Positions 50,176-63,189 of a DNA stretch of 64,000 nt are shown in pieces. Every line of letters starts with the position of its first letter. Positions within the stretch are counted from its first letter, which is position 1. Below the pieces are notes generated by a model. That model searched no databases and had not been told where the DNA came from. It saw only the letters and a program-made list of their open reading frames with translations. The DNA is from Hypanus sabinus (lineage: Eukaryota): the NCBI RefSeq assembly GCF_030144855.1, contig NC_082719.1, forward strand, positions 49,476,001 to 49,540,000. Reading direction: 5' to 3'. Position numbers and translations under genes: made by a program.

Positions 50176-52946
50176 TATAGATGAAGGCACCAGATATCAT
50201 ACAAAATGACTTTTTGCTCAGTGACATTCTATGGAGAGCATATAATTTTGAGAAAATACACCAATTATCAAGTGCCTTTATAATAAACAATATAAAGTTA
50301 AACTGTAAAATATAGACAGACTATTTCTTTAAAACTAATTTAAAAGAGATACTTGCAGGATTATGTTTGCACAGTTTTTGTTAACCCTACTACCTCACAT
50401 TCTATGAATGCACACTACTGCAAATGCCAGTGTTACATTGACAAGTTAAGAATCTGGATAAGTTTAATAATGATGCTTTTGCAATATTTGTAAATCTTGT
50501 CATATTAATAATAATGACAATCTCCTTTGAAGCTGATTCATAAAAAGATTAAAGGAATAAAGAATGGAGACTGCTGCTTGTAAAAATATTAATGCATGTT
50601 AAGATACAAGCTTGCTTCACCTACAGATTTGGTGCAAGGATGCCCCAAGTCAAGCATAACAAAACAGCACTGTTCCATATGTTAGCCATTTTAGTTCCTA
50701 GCATTAAGCATTTTGAATACTCTAACATTATTTTGCAAGTTCTATTCTAATACTTTGAATAACTTTTAAGCTGATTATGCACTGATTACATTACATATGT
50801 TGCAAAATTTATAGCAAAACTTAAATGAGTCTGTTTAACATGAACTAAGACCAGGATTATTCTCCAAATGTTTTAACTGGGTTTTAATGAAGATTTTTTT
50901 TGCCTTTCAGCAGCAATGCAAATAACAAACTCAGAGAGAAATCATTTTACATACTTAACAAATCTATACAAGTGATAACTGATTTAACATCATAAGCCTT
51001 GCCACCATGAAACATCTAACAATTCCAGTTCTGCAGTTCTGAAAATATATGCCTTCCAAGGCACTGACATGTCTTTGAACTTCATACACCAAAACTGCAT
51101 TGTTTCATAATCCACATTAGATGTTAAAATATAAAGTTACTGTAAAAACACATCTCCAATAATGATACACATACAAATTTCACTGTGATATATAATATAC
51201 AGCAACTTAGTCTGCAAGTCGAAAAATCAACCAGCTGAAAACTTTATATGCGTAACTTTTGCACAAGCTTAGTTTATCAAATAGAATGTAATAACACTGT
51301 TTACCAAACTAGGTTGTCATGACAAATGCAATGTATTCTCTAAACCCTAACAGGGTAATCTTTTTTTTTAAAAAAACTACATTTAGCTAAATTTACAGGT
51401 ACCTCAAGTACCATACACTAGCAGATGTTTTAGAATTCTGATTTAGAATGAGGCAACAACACCAAGAGTAGATCTTTCTAAACTTACAAGTCTAAAAATT
51501 AAAACAGGACAAATTAAGGATAATGAAATGTCAGTGTAGGTAAAGGAGGTATCAATTGGCCTACAAACCATAGATGTAATATTCCAGCAGTATTATCTAT
51601 TTTTCTAAAAAAGTCAAACTCAAAGGCATTTTACAAGAAAATATTAAAAGCTGTTTGAACCTTACAGCAAGATTGGCTTTTTAAACCCCAATGTCTAAAG
51701 GAATACAGGATGTACCAAAAGCACTTAATTTTTTCCTTTAGATATACAATCCCTAACAGGAATTCTTGACCCATTATTTAGTAAAACAGTAGTCATGCTG
51801 TAGCTCCAAGAATAAAATTATATTTAATACTATTTTAGCACAGGTTCAAATAAATTCATCAAGAAAACCTACAATGTTTTTATGAAGGAATAAAACTAGC
51901 TGAATGACTGACTACTGCCAAATGTAGGATCAATGCTTCTCAGCCTACGTAAAAACATCAACACTAGCTCAAGTACAAAATGTAATTCTAATAGGTTCTT
52001 GAAAATGTTTTAATAAAGCATCTTCTAGAAAAGGTTTTGACATGTGACCAATGAAATTATTTTTCCTTAACCATTCAATTTTTTTAACAAGCTATCATAT
52101 AATTAAACTGTGAGTGCCTTGCTCACTCAAATGAAAGTGTTTTTCTGCTGAAGTTGTCTGCTGACTCCACCTAGAGGTTTTAAATCTGTTGCAACTCTTT
52201 CTGAAAGTGAGTAAAGTGAAATATCACCTGATTTGTCTATAAAACTACAAATAATAAGAGTATTTAGTCATTAGCTTGATTAAGTTTACATTTTTCCACC
52301 AATGCCTTTATCCAACCCTAAGGGTTATATCCCCAGCCATAATAAAATAAAAATTTTCCATACCACAGCACTAAGTATAGCTTTTTACCTTAAATCCAAA
52401 GTGTTCTCATAATGAAAACATAACCAACAGTCTGTTGTAATTCACAGTGAAATACATTCTAATTGTCTTCCTGGAAGCCAATATAATATTTTGATTGTTT
52501 TTACTTTTTAATACCAGATATATTTGACATGAAATGGTGATTTTGCATAGAAGCACAACCCAAGTTCTCAATGTATATCTACAGATTTCAGCATATTTTT
52601 TGATCAGCAATAGCTTTGATCAATAGCTTTTATCTAAAGCATATAATGTGCAATGGAGAAATTCAGCTGCTTAGGTGACATTATGGCCTTATGCCCACAA
52701 TCACATTAACATTTTCAATAAGCATATTGGAGATTGAAGAAGCAAACCGTTCCAGTGAATGCAAAGGCATTTAAACAAGGATTTATTTCAGATTTTCGTG
52801 GTGTAAAGAAACACTACACACCTACTGTTCATACTTCTGATAATTGCTTAAAACAAACTGAGCAGATTTTTCCTGCCTGACACAAATTTACAAAAAGGTT
52901 TTACAGAAAGCAGTGAGTGAAAACTGTTCAATATTCATCTACTCAC

Positions 52947-53026
52947 CCTGCTAGCCAAGAGACCACCAACACCAGACTAATAAGGGCAGAAGGCAGAAAT
53001 TTGTTCATGGTCAGAATTCTCTTCAT
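52947..53026 (-). CDS. First coding exon of an unidentified secreted/membrane protein: signal peptide MKRILTMNKFLPSALISLVLVVSWLA(G); exon spans 53036-52947
   Basis: Acceptor gttttaactttgtttTAG|, ATGs at 53026 (gtcATG) and 53008 (accATG), basic n-region plus hydrophobic h-region, donor AGG|GTGAGT; ~650 bp downstream of CpG-island exon 1. Confidence 0.85.
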
Positions 53027-53399
53027 GACTGGTCCTCTAAAACAAAGTTAAAACACAACACAGCTAAAGCAGAAGGTAAATGTTAAGACTGCATAAACCT
53101 CTACAAGTGTCGGAATCGTGCTCCGTAGTTTTCCCTGACTTAAGAACCAAACAGTAATTGATGTGACAAAACCAATTATTAGCATTATTAAGTTGCATGG
53201 TCCAACGAAGTACAGGTGTGTGTTTGTTACGTCTCGCTGCATTCAGAATAATTAGGAACGTGCATTTTCAATCAGATGCTGCAAATCATATTTCCATATG
53301 CGGATATATCAACCCCCCCCCCCCCACCACCCACCCCAGTAGCTCACACTATTTTGGGTCACACATCCGATTCCAGAATCAGAGTGAAGAGGCCAGTGA

Positions 53400-54110
53400 T
53401 AGCGGCCACAGACTTTAGGACATTTTGCAAGCTTCACTTCACGACTGATGCCATCGGCAATACAATTCATTTGAAAACCATTAGACGGGGTCCAGATGCA
53501 AAACCAGAAATAAGAAGCTGGACTGTTGCAGTTGGGGTTGCAGCGAAGCCCGGGTTGCAAGGGGCGAGCATGCGGCGGGCGGGAGGCATTTCGTCGGAGC
53601 TGAGAGTTTGCTCCCCTTTCGGGATTGCTCGTGTGAGGAGCGGGCAGCAGGCTCCACGTCAAGAACGCGGTGGAGCGCTTGCATCTTCTTACCTGGGGGT
53701 GCCCGAGGGCTGGGGGGGGAGGGGAGGGGGAGAGAGGGCGAGAGAGAGAGCGGGGCGGGGAAAGGGAGGAGGTTGTCTCCCGCTGAAGTGATCGGCACCC
53801 GGAATCCGCGCCAACCCAACAGCCAGCCCTGAGACGCCAAAGTTGCCTTTGCTCCGAGTGAGCTGCTGCTGCTGCCGGGCGACAGTGCTGTGCGAGCCCG
53901 TCCGCGCGCCCGCGCGCGTGCTCGCCCCGGCCCGGCTGCCGGGGACGCGCGGCTGCGCGCGGGCGGGGAGCGCGCCTCTCTGCTGACACATCCTCCGGAA
54001 TATCCGAGTGACGGGTGGACACTCAGCTTGCAGGCTGCGTCAAACTGCCGATAGATCGGCGCTCTGAGGCCCGAGTGCGAGAAGGAATTACCCAACCTGG
54101 CGCAATGCAA
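53400..54110. promoter_or_regulatory. CpG island / promoter
   Basis: Very high GC and CpG (cgcgcgcccgcgcgcg), GC boxes (GGGCGGGG), ETS-like CCGGAA near 53995; repeat-poor flanks. Confidence 0.9.
53693..53900 (-). other. Non-coding exon 1 (5' UTR) of host gene; 5' end approximate
   Basis: Consensus donor CAG|GTAAGA at 53693/53692 inside the CpG island; no ATG in the last ~290 nt. Confidence 0.75.
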
Positions 54111-54574
54111 CATTACATACCCTTCTTCCTCATCCTCTCCAGGAATGTTACAAAATAAAACCCGCTCCATGTCGAGCCAGTGGTAAAGCAAATACCCCCC
54201 CCCCCCATCCAAAATATATTCGTCCCCGGCTTGTTTCAAATAAAATCATCTTGAACCGAAAGTAGAGTAACAAAATGCCCCAATCCCCACCTTTCTGCAA
54301 AACAAGCCATTTTAAATTCGAGCCCACTACGAAAAAGAGTACCCCTCAAGCCCCATGGCAAGTTATAATAACAGTCTATCCATTATAAAGGGAAATGTCC
54401 CCAGTCCATACAATCACCGGGTCTATTTGCAGATCGCTCCCTCTACCCCTGCCTCTTTACGTAGAATTCTTCTCCTAGCCCTAAATGCCAATATAACGCC
54501 TGGTCCTACATTGCTCACTTCTACATCTGTACAGCACCATGCTGCCCAGCATCACACGTACACAAACAAACACA

Positions 54575-54885
54575 CACACTTCCATCCTGCCAACTTCACT
54601 CCACATCTATACAGACCCATCTCAGCTCCACATATATACAGATCCAACCTCCCATCCTGCCCAGTGTGACACTTGTACACCACCTGCCTTCCTGCCCGGC
54701 TCATCTTCACATACACACCTGTACACACCGGCTTTTTCACCCTGCCCATTTTCCACATCCGCAGACCCTGCCTCCCCACGCTGCCCAGTTTCACGCCCAC
54801 GCATCTCTCCTTCCAGTTTTGCCCAGTTTCTCAGTTCCACACCTGTACACACACAACCTTTTAACCCTGCCCAGCTCCACACTCA
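54575..54885. repeat. Degenerate minisatellite with CCTGCCCAG / ACAC core
   Basis: Recurring (c)ctgccca(g) and cacacctgtacacac motifs at irregular spacing. Confidence 0.6.
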
Positions 54886-57165
54886 TTCTCCGTACGATAG
54901 CGACTTAATCCATTCAGTGCTGTTTGCGTCAGATAAGCACTAAAATTTCTTAATTTGTCTTTTAATTCTGCCTTGTCGTTCTGCAGCGGTTCGCTTTTTT
55001 ATGGAAGATCTCACTTCAACCGACTGCCGTGTTTTATTTTAATTGAAATGCAATGTGTGTGTTTAGCAGGAAGCATGTTGATGTGCTTCCCCTAACTGAT
55101 CCCTACTTGCGCCGCTCCTCATCTGCAAACTCACAACGGGTACCCGTATCTTAGTTCAATTTCGAACTGATAGTCTAGGGGACCTAAAATTGTCGTTACT
55201 GCAACAGCTGCTGCTTAGAATTACATTTTTATCCTCGCGTTTAAATAAACTGATAGGCAATTGTGTATCTTTTAATTCGGATTTTGTTTACTAATCGAAT
55301 AAACACGACTGTGACCAATATATTGCTGCACACGTGTTTGTGTACCTTTTGGCGGCTTATAATTCGAATTTAATACGTATGTATTTTTGGTTACTGTCGT
55401 GACCGTACATTCCGTATTTATTCTCCGTTTGCTTTTATCTGGTGTGGAAAGCAGGAGTGACAATAAAGTAACTCAACAATTAAGAGCAGAAAATGAGTAA
55501 CCTGAGACAAAATGTATTAACGGTTTCTTTTTAAGCCTCCCTTTGCATCTGATTTACAACATTTATCGCTGGTATAAAGCACTTCAAGTTATAGAGATCA
55601 GTCATTTATATTCTGCCTATGTACACTAGCCATGAATAATTAAATGCTTGTATTTTCACAGCCTCCCTTGACAAGACAGATAAAGAAACTGCGGGAGGAA
55701 AAGAGCACGGAAATGTTGAATGCGTTGACTGTTGTTACAGCATTTATAAACTCCGCGTCTATTTCTTGCTCTTTATTCCTAGGATTGATTCCAGTGCTGG
55801 ATAGATACTAGAGAAACATAAGTATTTTCAATTCATTGAATACTGATTAACTTTTGTACTGGCAGTTCGATATTTGTTGTTGCAATAAGTCTAAACTGTA
55901 GAGAAGCACAGATTTTATGAATTGGAATTCTAGCTGATGTGACTTTTAAAACTAAATTTTGACTTTTTGATACGGTCCTATATTCCTTTTAACTAATTTA
56001 TTCCAGTCAACAAAAATAAAATTATACAGCCATAGAGTCATACAACATTACAGCATAGAGCAGGCCTTTCAGCCCATCTACTTAGCACCAAACCATTAAT
56101 CTGCCTAGTTCCATCAACCTGCACCCAGACCATAGCCTTCCATGCCCCTTTTAACTATGTACTATCCAAATTTCTCTTATTGTAGAAATCAACCCCACAT
56201 TCACCACTTGTTCTGGCAGCTTGTTCCACATTTTCACCACGCTCTGAGTGAAGAAGTTCTGCTTCATATTCTCCTTAAAGAATTCACCTTTCACACTTAA
56301 CCCATGACCTCTAGTTATCATCTCACCCAACCTCAGTGGGAAAAGCCCCATCGATACCCATCTATAAAATCTCCCCTCAATTTTCTACATTCTAGGGAAT
56401 CAAGTCCTAACCTATTTAACCTTTCTCTATATCTCAGATCCTCAAGTCCCAGCAACATCCTTGTAAGTTTTCTCTGCATTCTTTCAGTTTTATTTACATC
56501 TCTCCTGTAGGTAGGTGACCAAATATGACACCATCAGCCTGTGGCACCACTTTCAAGCCCATTCTTCCAGCTGGTCCAGATCCCAATTCAAGCTTCGCTA
56601 GCTTCCTCGTTATCCACTGCACCCACTATCTTGCTGTCATCAACAAACTTGCTGATCCAGTTTACCATATTATCATCCAGATATTGATATAGATGACAAA
56701 TAACAATGGATGCAGCACCAATCCCTGCAGCACACCACTAGTCACAGGCCTCCAGTCAGAGTGACAACCATCTATAACCACTTTCTTGGTTCTTCTGCAA
56801 AGCCAATATCTAATCCAGTTTATGACCTCATCTTGAATGCCAAGTGAATAAACCTTTTTGACCAGTCTGCCATGCAGGATCTTGTCAAAGGCCTTGGTAA
56901 AGTTCATCTAGACAACATTCACTACCTTGCCTTCAAGATTTTTCCAAGTAACTTCCTCGAAAAACTCTATAAGATTGGTTAGATATGACTTGCCATGCAC
57001 AACGACATGCTGACTATCCTTAATTAGTACATGTCTCTCCTATTCTGTCCCTTAAAATACCTTCCAATAGTTTTCCCACTACTGATGTCAGGCTCACTGG
57101 CCTATAATTGCCTGGCTTATTCTTAAAGGCTTTCTTAAACAAAGGAACAACATTAGCTATCATTC

Positions 57166-57572
57166 TCCAACTTCCAGTAATTCTCTCCCTCTCCCTTCAC
57201 CCATCCCAGTTTCACTCTGCCTCCTCCTCCAGCTGCCTATCACCTCTCTCATGATTCTGCCTTCTTCTACTACACATAGTGCTTTCCCCCTACATTCCTT
57301 CTTCACCTTTCCTGCCTATCCCCCCCCCCGCTTCCCCTCCCCCACCCCTGGATCTTTCTTCTGATTGGTTTTTAACTTGACACCTACCAGCCTTCTCCTC
57401 CCCACCCCCCATCTTCTTTATAGGGCCCCTGCCCCCTCCCTCTTCAGTCCTGATGAAGGGTCTCAGCCTGAAATGTTGACTGCTCGTTTCCATGGATGCT
57501 GCCCAACCTGCTGAGTTCCCCTAGCCTGTTGTACGTGTTGCTTTGACCAACGCATCTGCAATGTACTTTGTG
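57166..57572 (+). mobile_element. Penelope-type element 3' end
   Basis: 13-bp direct repeat ttagctatcattc (57153-57165, 57573-57585); pyrimidine-rich tract; hammerhead motif; gcatctgca end. Confidence 0.8.
57445..57482 (+). ncRNA. Minimal type I hammerhead ribozyme motif
   Basis: Stem I CAGTC/GACTG, core CTGATGA, stem II GGGT-CTCA-GCCT, GAAA, vestigial stem III, GTT cleavage triplet. Confidence 0.75.
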
Positions 57573-58809
57573 TTAGCTATCATTCATCCTCTGGAGCCTC
57601 ACCCTTGACTAAAGATGTTTTAAATATCTCTGCTAGGGTCTCTGCATTTTCTACACTAGCCTCCCATAGGGTCCAAGGAAACACCTTGTCAAGCCTTGGG
57701 GATTTATCCACTCTAATTTGCCTCAAGGCATCAAACACCTCCTCCTCTGTAATCTGTATGGAGTCCATGACCTCACTGCTGCATTTCCTCACATCTATAG
57801 TCTCTGCGTCCATTTTCCAAATAAATACAGCTGGAAAAAACACATTTAAGATCTCTCCCGTCTCTTCTGGTTACTGTGAATTATCCCATTAAACAATTTC
57901 CTGAAACTTTTCATTTTAAATTTAAAGGTGGTGAAAATAAACTTTATGCAGTGTTCAGATCTGTTTGCTTTGCTATGTTTTGGAGACATGACAAACATCT
58001 TGCAGCAGCCTTACAGAGCATGGGTGTCCATGGCAACTATGAAAAATCTGAGCTTTAAACATGACAAACGTCACAATAAATAGGCAAATATCAATTCACT
58101 GACATATAGTGCATATGTTTTTATATTTTGATAACTACAGTACAATGAATATGCAAAATATTTTTCTTTTGTTATTTAGAAAGCTTTTTGAGAATTTTAA
58201 TACTCCATTGTGATACATCACAGTGCTCACAGATTCAGGTTCCAATATAAATAATCACAGGGTCTCTAATTTCTGATTTTTAGGAATAAGATTTCTCTTT
58301 TTGAAGCAGTTTTCAGACTTTCAAGATTTCTGGTAGCTTACTATAATTTAATATTACTTTCTATACATTAACAGTTTGAGACATAATCTTAAAATTAATT
58401 AAATATCATGATAATTTCATAATTGCTGTTTGGAACTATATTTCTAACTTGTATATCTAAAAGTGTTTTTTTCCTAACTGAAGTGTTAATTTCTTACAGA
58501 GTTTTTTTTGTGTGTCGTCTTTATCACTGGATATTTATTTTCTGCAGCCACGAGAAAACCCAGAGAATTTGTTCACAACAATGACCTGTGATCTGTATTG
58601 AGATTAATGATAATGATACCATTAAACCTGATACGTATCCCTGGAGTACATGTGTGTTCACTGGCAAATGAGGAAGTTCTGAAATGAATATTGCAAACCC
58701 TTCTGCACCTTTTGAGTTTTTTTGACAGACTTCCACTCCGATACCATAATTGTGGGTTTATTTATTACATTACGCAATATTGTACAATTTAAAAACATAA
58801 ATCAGCTAT

Positions 58810-60740
58810 TTTAAAGTTAAAAGTGAATTTGTGATCAGAGTACATATATGTCACCATATACTACCCTGAGATTCATTTTCTTGTGGGCATACTAGCCATA
58901 ATGGAATCAGTGAAAGACCACACAAACAGAGCAAACAGTGTGCAAAAGACAACAAATTGTGCAATTACAAAAAGAAAGGGAAAATAAATAAATATGCAAA
59001 GATTATCAAGAATGTGAGATAAAGTGTCCTTGAAAATGAGCCTGTAGATTAGGAGAATGGTTCAGTGATGGATCCAGAGAAGTTGAGTGAAATTATCCCC
59101 TCTGGTTCAGGAGCCTGATGGTTGAAGGGTAATAACTCTTCCTAAACCTGTTGGTGTGAGTCCTGAGGCTCCTGTACCTTCTTCCTGATGGCAGCAGTGA
59201 GAAGAGAGCATGACCTAGGTGGTGGGGGTCCCTGGTGATGAATGTTGCTTTCCTGCAACATTTCATGTAGATGTGCTCAACGGTGGGTGAGACTGTATCC
59301 ATTACAGTTTGTAGGATATTCTGTTCAATGGCATTAGGTTTCCATATCAGGTAATGGTGCAGCCAGTCAACATACTCTCCACCACACATCAATGGAAGTT
59401 TGTCATGTTTAATCTTTGCAAACTTCTAAGGAAGTAAAGGTGCTGTCATGCTTTCTTCATAATTGTACTTACATGCTGGGCTCAGGACAGGTTCTCTGAA
59501 ATGGTAACACTGATGAAGTTAAGTTGTTGGCCCTCTCCATCTCTGATCCCCTGATGAGGACTGGTTCATGGACCTTCAGTTTCCTCCTCCTGAAGTCAAT
59601 AATGGGCTCCTCGGTCTTGCGCTATTGAGTGAGAGGTTGTTGTTGCGGCATCACTCAGCCAGATTTTCAATCTCCATCTGGTGATTTGTCATCACCTTTA
59701 AATCGGCCTACAGTAGTGGTGTCATCAGTCAACTTAAACATGCCACTGGAGCTGTGCTTAGTCACACAGTAATAAGAAGAAAGCAAGTAGAGCAGAGGGC
59801 TAAGTTCACAGCCTTGTGGTTCTCCGGTGCTGTTGAGATTGTGCAAGAGAAGTTTTTGCCAATCTGAACAGACTGGGGTCTGCTGATGAGGAAATCAAGG
59901 ACCCAATTGCACAAGGAGGTATTGAGGCCAAGGTCTTGAAGCTTGTTGATTAGTTTTGAGGGGATGATGGTATTGAATGCCAAGCTGTAGTTGATAAAGA
60001 GCATCTTGATATATGCACCTTTGCTGTCCAGATGTTCCATGTTTCAGTGAAGAGCCAATGAAATGGCATGTGCTGTGGACTTGCTGTGCCAGTAGGCAAA
60101 TTGCTTCTTGGATTCAATTTGCTTCTCAGGCAGGAATTGATATGTTTCATCATCAACCTCTCAAAACAGTTCATCACTCTAGATGTAAGTGCTACTGCAC
60201 AATAGTCAATAAGGCAGGTTACCATGTGCTTCTTAGGCACTACCATTATAATTGAAACCTGCTTGAAGCAGGCAGCTACCCGATACTGCCAAAGCAAGAG
60301 TATAAAGATGTCAGTAAACACTGCAACCAATTGATCAGCCCAGGTCTTTAGTACTCAGCCAGGCACCCCATCTGGGCTGGATGCTTTCCGTGGGTTCACC
60401 CTCCTGAAGGATATTTTCACATCAGCCTCAGAAACTGAAATTGCATGGTCATTAGGGGCTGTGGATGTTCGTGATGGTTCCTCCATGTTTTGAAGGTCAA
60501 AGCGAGCATAGAAGGCATTGAGCTCATCCGGAAGTGAAGCCTTGTTGTCACTGAGGTCGCTTGAGTTCACCTTGTAAGAGGTGATAGCATCCAAGCCCTG
60601 CTATAGCTGTCAAGTATCCTTCAATGATTCAAGTTTAGTCCACAATTGCCACTTTGCCCATGAGGTGGCTTCCTGGAGATTTCGTTGCTGGCACTCTTGC
60701 AACTTTCTGGGTCGCCAGACTTGAATACATTGGTACCTAA
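58810..60740 (-). mobile_element. Rex1/Babar LINE, 5'-truncated
   Basis: [60 protein letters not shown]. Confidence 0.9.
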
Positions 60741-60969
60741 TTGTGGTCTATCATATAATCACTTTCATATATTAATCTGGTTACTTTTTAAGTCCCTGGT
60801 TTCTATCATCAAAGATTCTACATTGTAGTAATTTGACTCATTTGATAAGACAAAATGCATCAAATGTTGTTGGTTGTTACTTTCCCTGTGTAAGATTTGA
60901 AGAGTTTGGTTCAATTTTATTCATAGGTATTATTGGTATGTTGCCAGTGAAGTACAACACTCTTCCAAC

Positions 60970-62870
60970 ATTAAGGCCCTAAGGCACAGGAGCTAAAATA
61001 GACCAATTAGCCCATCAAGTCTACTCCGGCATTCATTCAAGGCTAAATCATTCTTCCCTCTCAACCCATTCTCCTGAATTCTTCTCATAACATTTGATAC
61101 TCTTAGTAACTAAGAACCTATTAACTTCCACTTTAAATATACGGCCTCCACCACCATCCAGGGCAATGAATTCCACAGAATCACTGCCTAAATAAATTTT
61201 TCCTCATCTCTGTGATTATTCTGAGGCTATGCCCTCTGGTCCTATACACTCCCTCTATTAGCAAAGTCTGCATGTCCACTGTATTCAGGCTTTTCAATAC
61301 TTGGTAGGTTTCAATGGGATCCCCACCCCACCCCACTCATCCTTCTAAACTCCAATAAGTACAGGCCCAGAGCTGTGAAACATTCCTCAACTGTTAACCC
61401 TTTCATCCCTAGGATCATTTGTGTACTTCCTCTGGACCCTCTCCAATCACAGCACATCCTTACTCAGCATGGGGCTCAAAGCTGCTCACAACTCCAAATG
61501 TGGTCTCACCAATACTTCATAAAACCTTTGCATTACATCTTTGTTTTTATATCCTAGTCCTCTCAAAATAAATTCCAGCATTTTCCTTCTTACTATTGAC
61601 ACAGCCTGCAGGTTAACCTTTAGAGAATCCTAAACCAGGTCTTTTAAGGCCCTTTGCACCTCTGATTTCTGAATACTCTCACCATTTATAAAATAGTCTA
61701 TTCCTTCATTCCTTCTACCAAAGTGCATGACCATACATTTTCCTATGCAGTGTAGCATCTACCACTTATTTGTCCATTCTCCTAATCTGTTCATGTTCTT
61801 CTGCAAATCTGCTTCCTCAACAGTACCTTTTCCTCCACCTATCTTTGTATAATCCAACAAGCCTGGCCAGAAAGCCATCAATTCTGTCACCCAGATCATT
61901 AACATGAAAAGTAGAGGACCCAAAACCAACACTTCAGGAACATCACTAGTCACCAGCAGCCAACCGGAAAAAGGACCCCTTGTTGCCAGTCTTTGCTTTC
62001 TGCCAGTCAGTCAATTTTCTATCCGGTATCTTTCCTGTAATACTGGGTATTTTATCTTGTTCATTAGGCTCATATGCTGCACCTTATCAAAGCTCTTCTG
62101 AAAATCAAAGTTAGCACTGATTCTCCTTTGTCTTTCTTGCTTGTTACTTCCTCAAAGAATTCTAACATCTTTTAAAGACAAGATCTCTCTTAAGAAAACC
62201 ATGCTGAATTCTATCAGGGTATTATGTGCCTCCAAATACCCTGAAACCTTCTCCTTAAGAATGGACTCCAATGTCTAACCAACCAGTGAAATCAGGCTAA
62301 TTTGCATTTAATTTCCTGTCTGTGGCCTCCCTCCCTTCTTAAAGGATAGAGTAATATTTGCAATTTACCAGTTCCCTCGAACCAGCCTTGATTCCAGTGG
62401 TTCTTGGAAGATTACTAGGTCACTTCTAATAACTCTACAATCTTTTCAGCTACCTCTTTCAGAAATCTGGACTAATTTATCTAGTCCAGGTATCTTCTTC
62501 ACCTCCAGACATTTCAGCCTCCCAAGCACATTTTCTGCAGTAATAGTAACTACACTCACTACTGCCTCTGAGTCTCTTTGAATTTCTGGTATGTTGCTGG
62601 TGTCTTCCACAGTAAAGAGTGATGCTAAATACATATTCAGTTCATTCACCATTTCCTTGTACCCCATTACTACTTTCCATCCTCATTTTCTTGTGGTCCA
62701 ATGCCCACTTTTTTTTTACAGTATGTCTGAAAAAGCTTTTGGCATTGTCTTCTATATTTCTGGCCAGTTACTTTCATATTCTGTCTTTTCTCCCTTTATT
62801 GCTTTTTCTGTCACAGTCTCTTTTTTTTTATAGATTCCCAATCCTCTATCTTTCCATTAATTTTTGCAAT
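60970..62870 (-). mobile_element. CR1 LINE (RT to tail), decayed
   Basis: LNMYLASLFTVED, TSDVPEVLVLGPLLF, DLQKNMNRLGEWTNKW. Confidence 0.85.
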
Positions 62871-63189
62871 ATTGTATGGAGTGGTGGAAGATGGTGCCAG
62901 AGAACAACACAATCAGTAGCGACATCCCTCAGTTGGTCCACAAACTAGTTCTTTTACCTCTTCCATGTATGATTCTACTACCAAACTTTGTATGATTGGA
63001 ACCTGTGATTTACAATTTGATGGTGTTTTTCAGGCCAATTGAGCCATCCGGCACTTTGCTGTCTCCAAGGGAGTTCAGTGAGGTTTGAAATGGAGTGCGC
63101 GGCCTGGAGGCCAAAAATCCTGAACGTGGAACGTGAGCCCACGATCAATTCCATTTCTTGCTGATCTCATCAATTAAAGCATCAAGCAA

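Larger units (their letters stand above)
56030..57870 (-). mobile_element. CR1 LINE (RT to 3' tail), interrupted by a Penelope end
   Basis: VDKSP.LD, DFTKAFDKILHGRL..VTSGVLQG.VL.PLLFVIYIN, TRGHGL..FFTQ.VV..WN.LP. Confidence 0.9.

Noticed and set aside
53276-54239. Long overlapping ORFs (252, 237, 171, 100 aa) in the CpG island
   Set aside because: Open on both strands because of GC richness; low-complexity R/A/P/G content; a strong splice donor at 53693 indicates a UTR exon.
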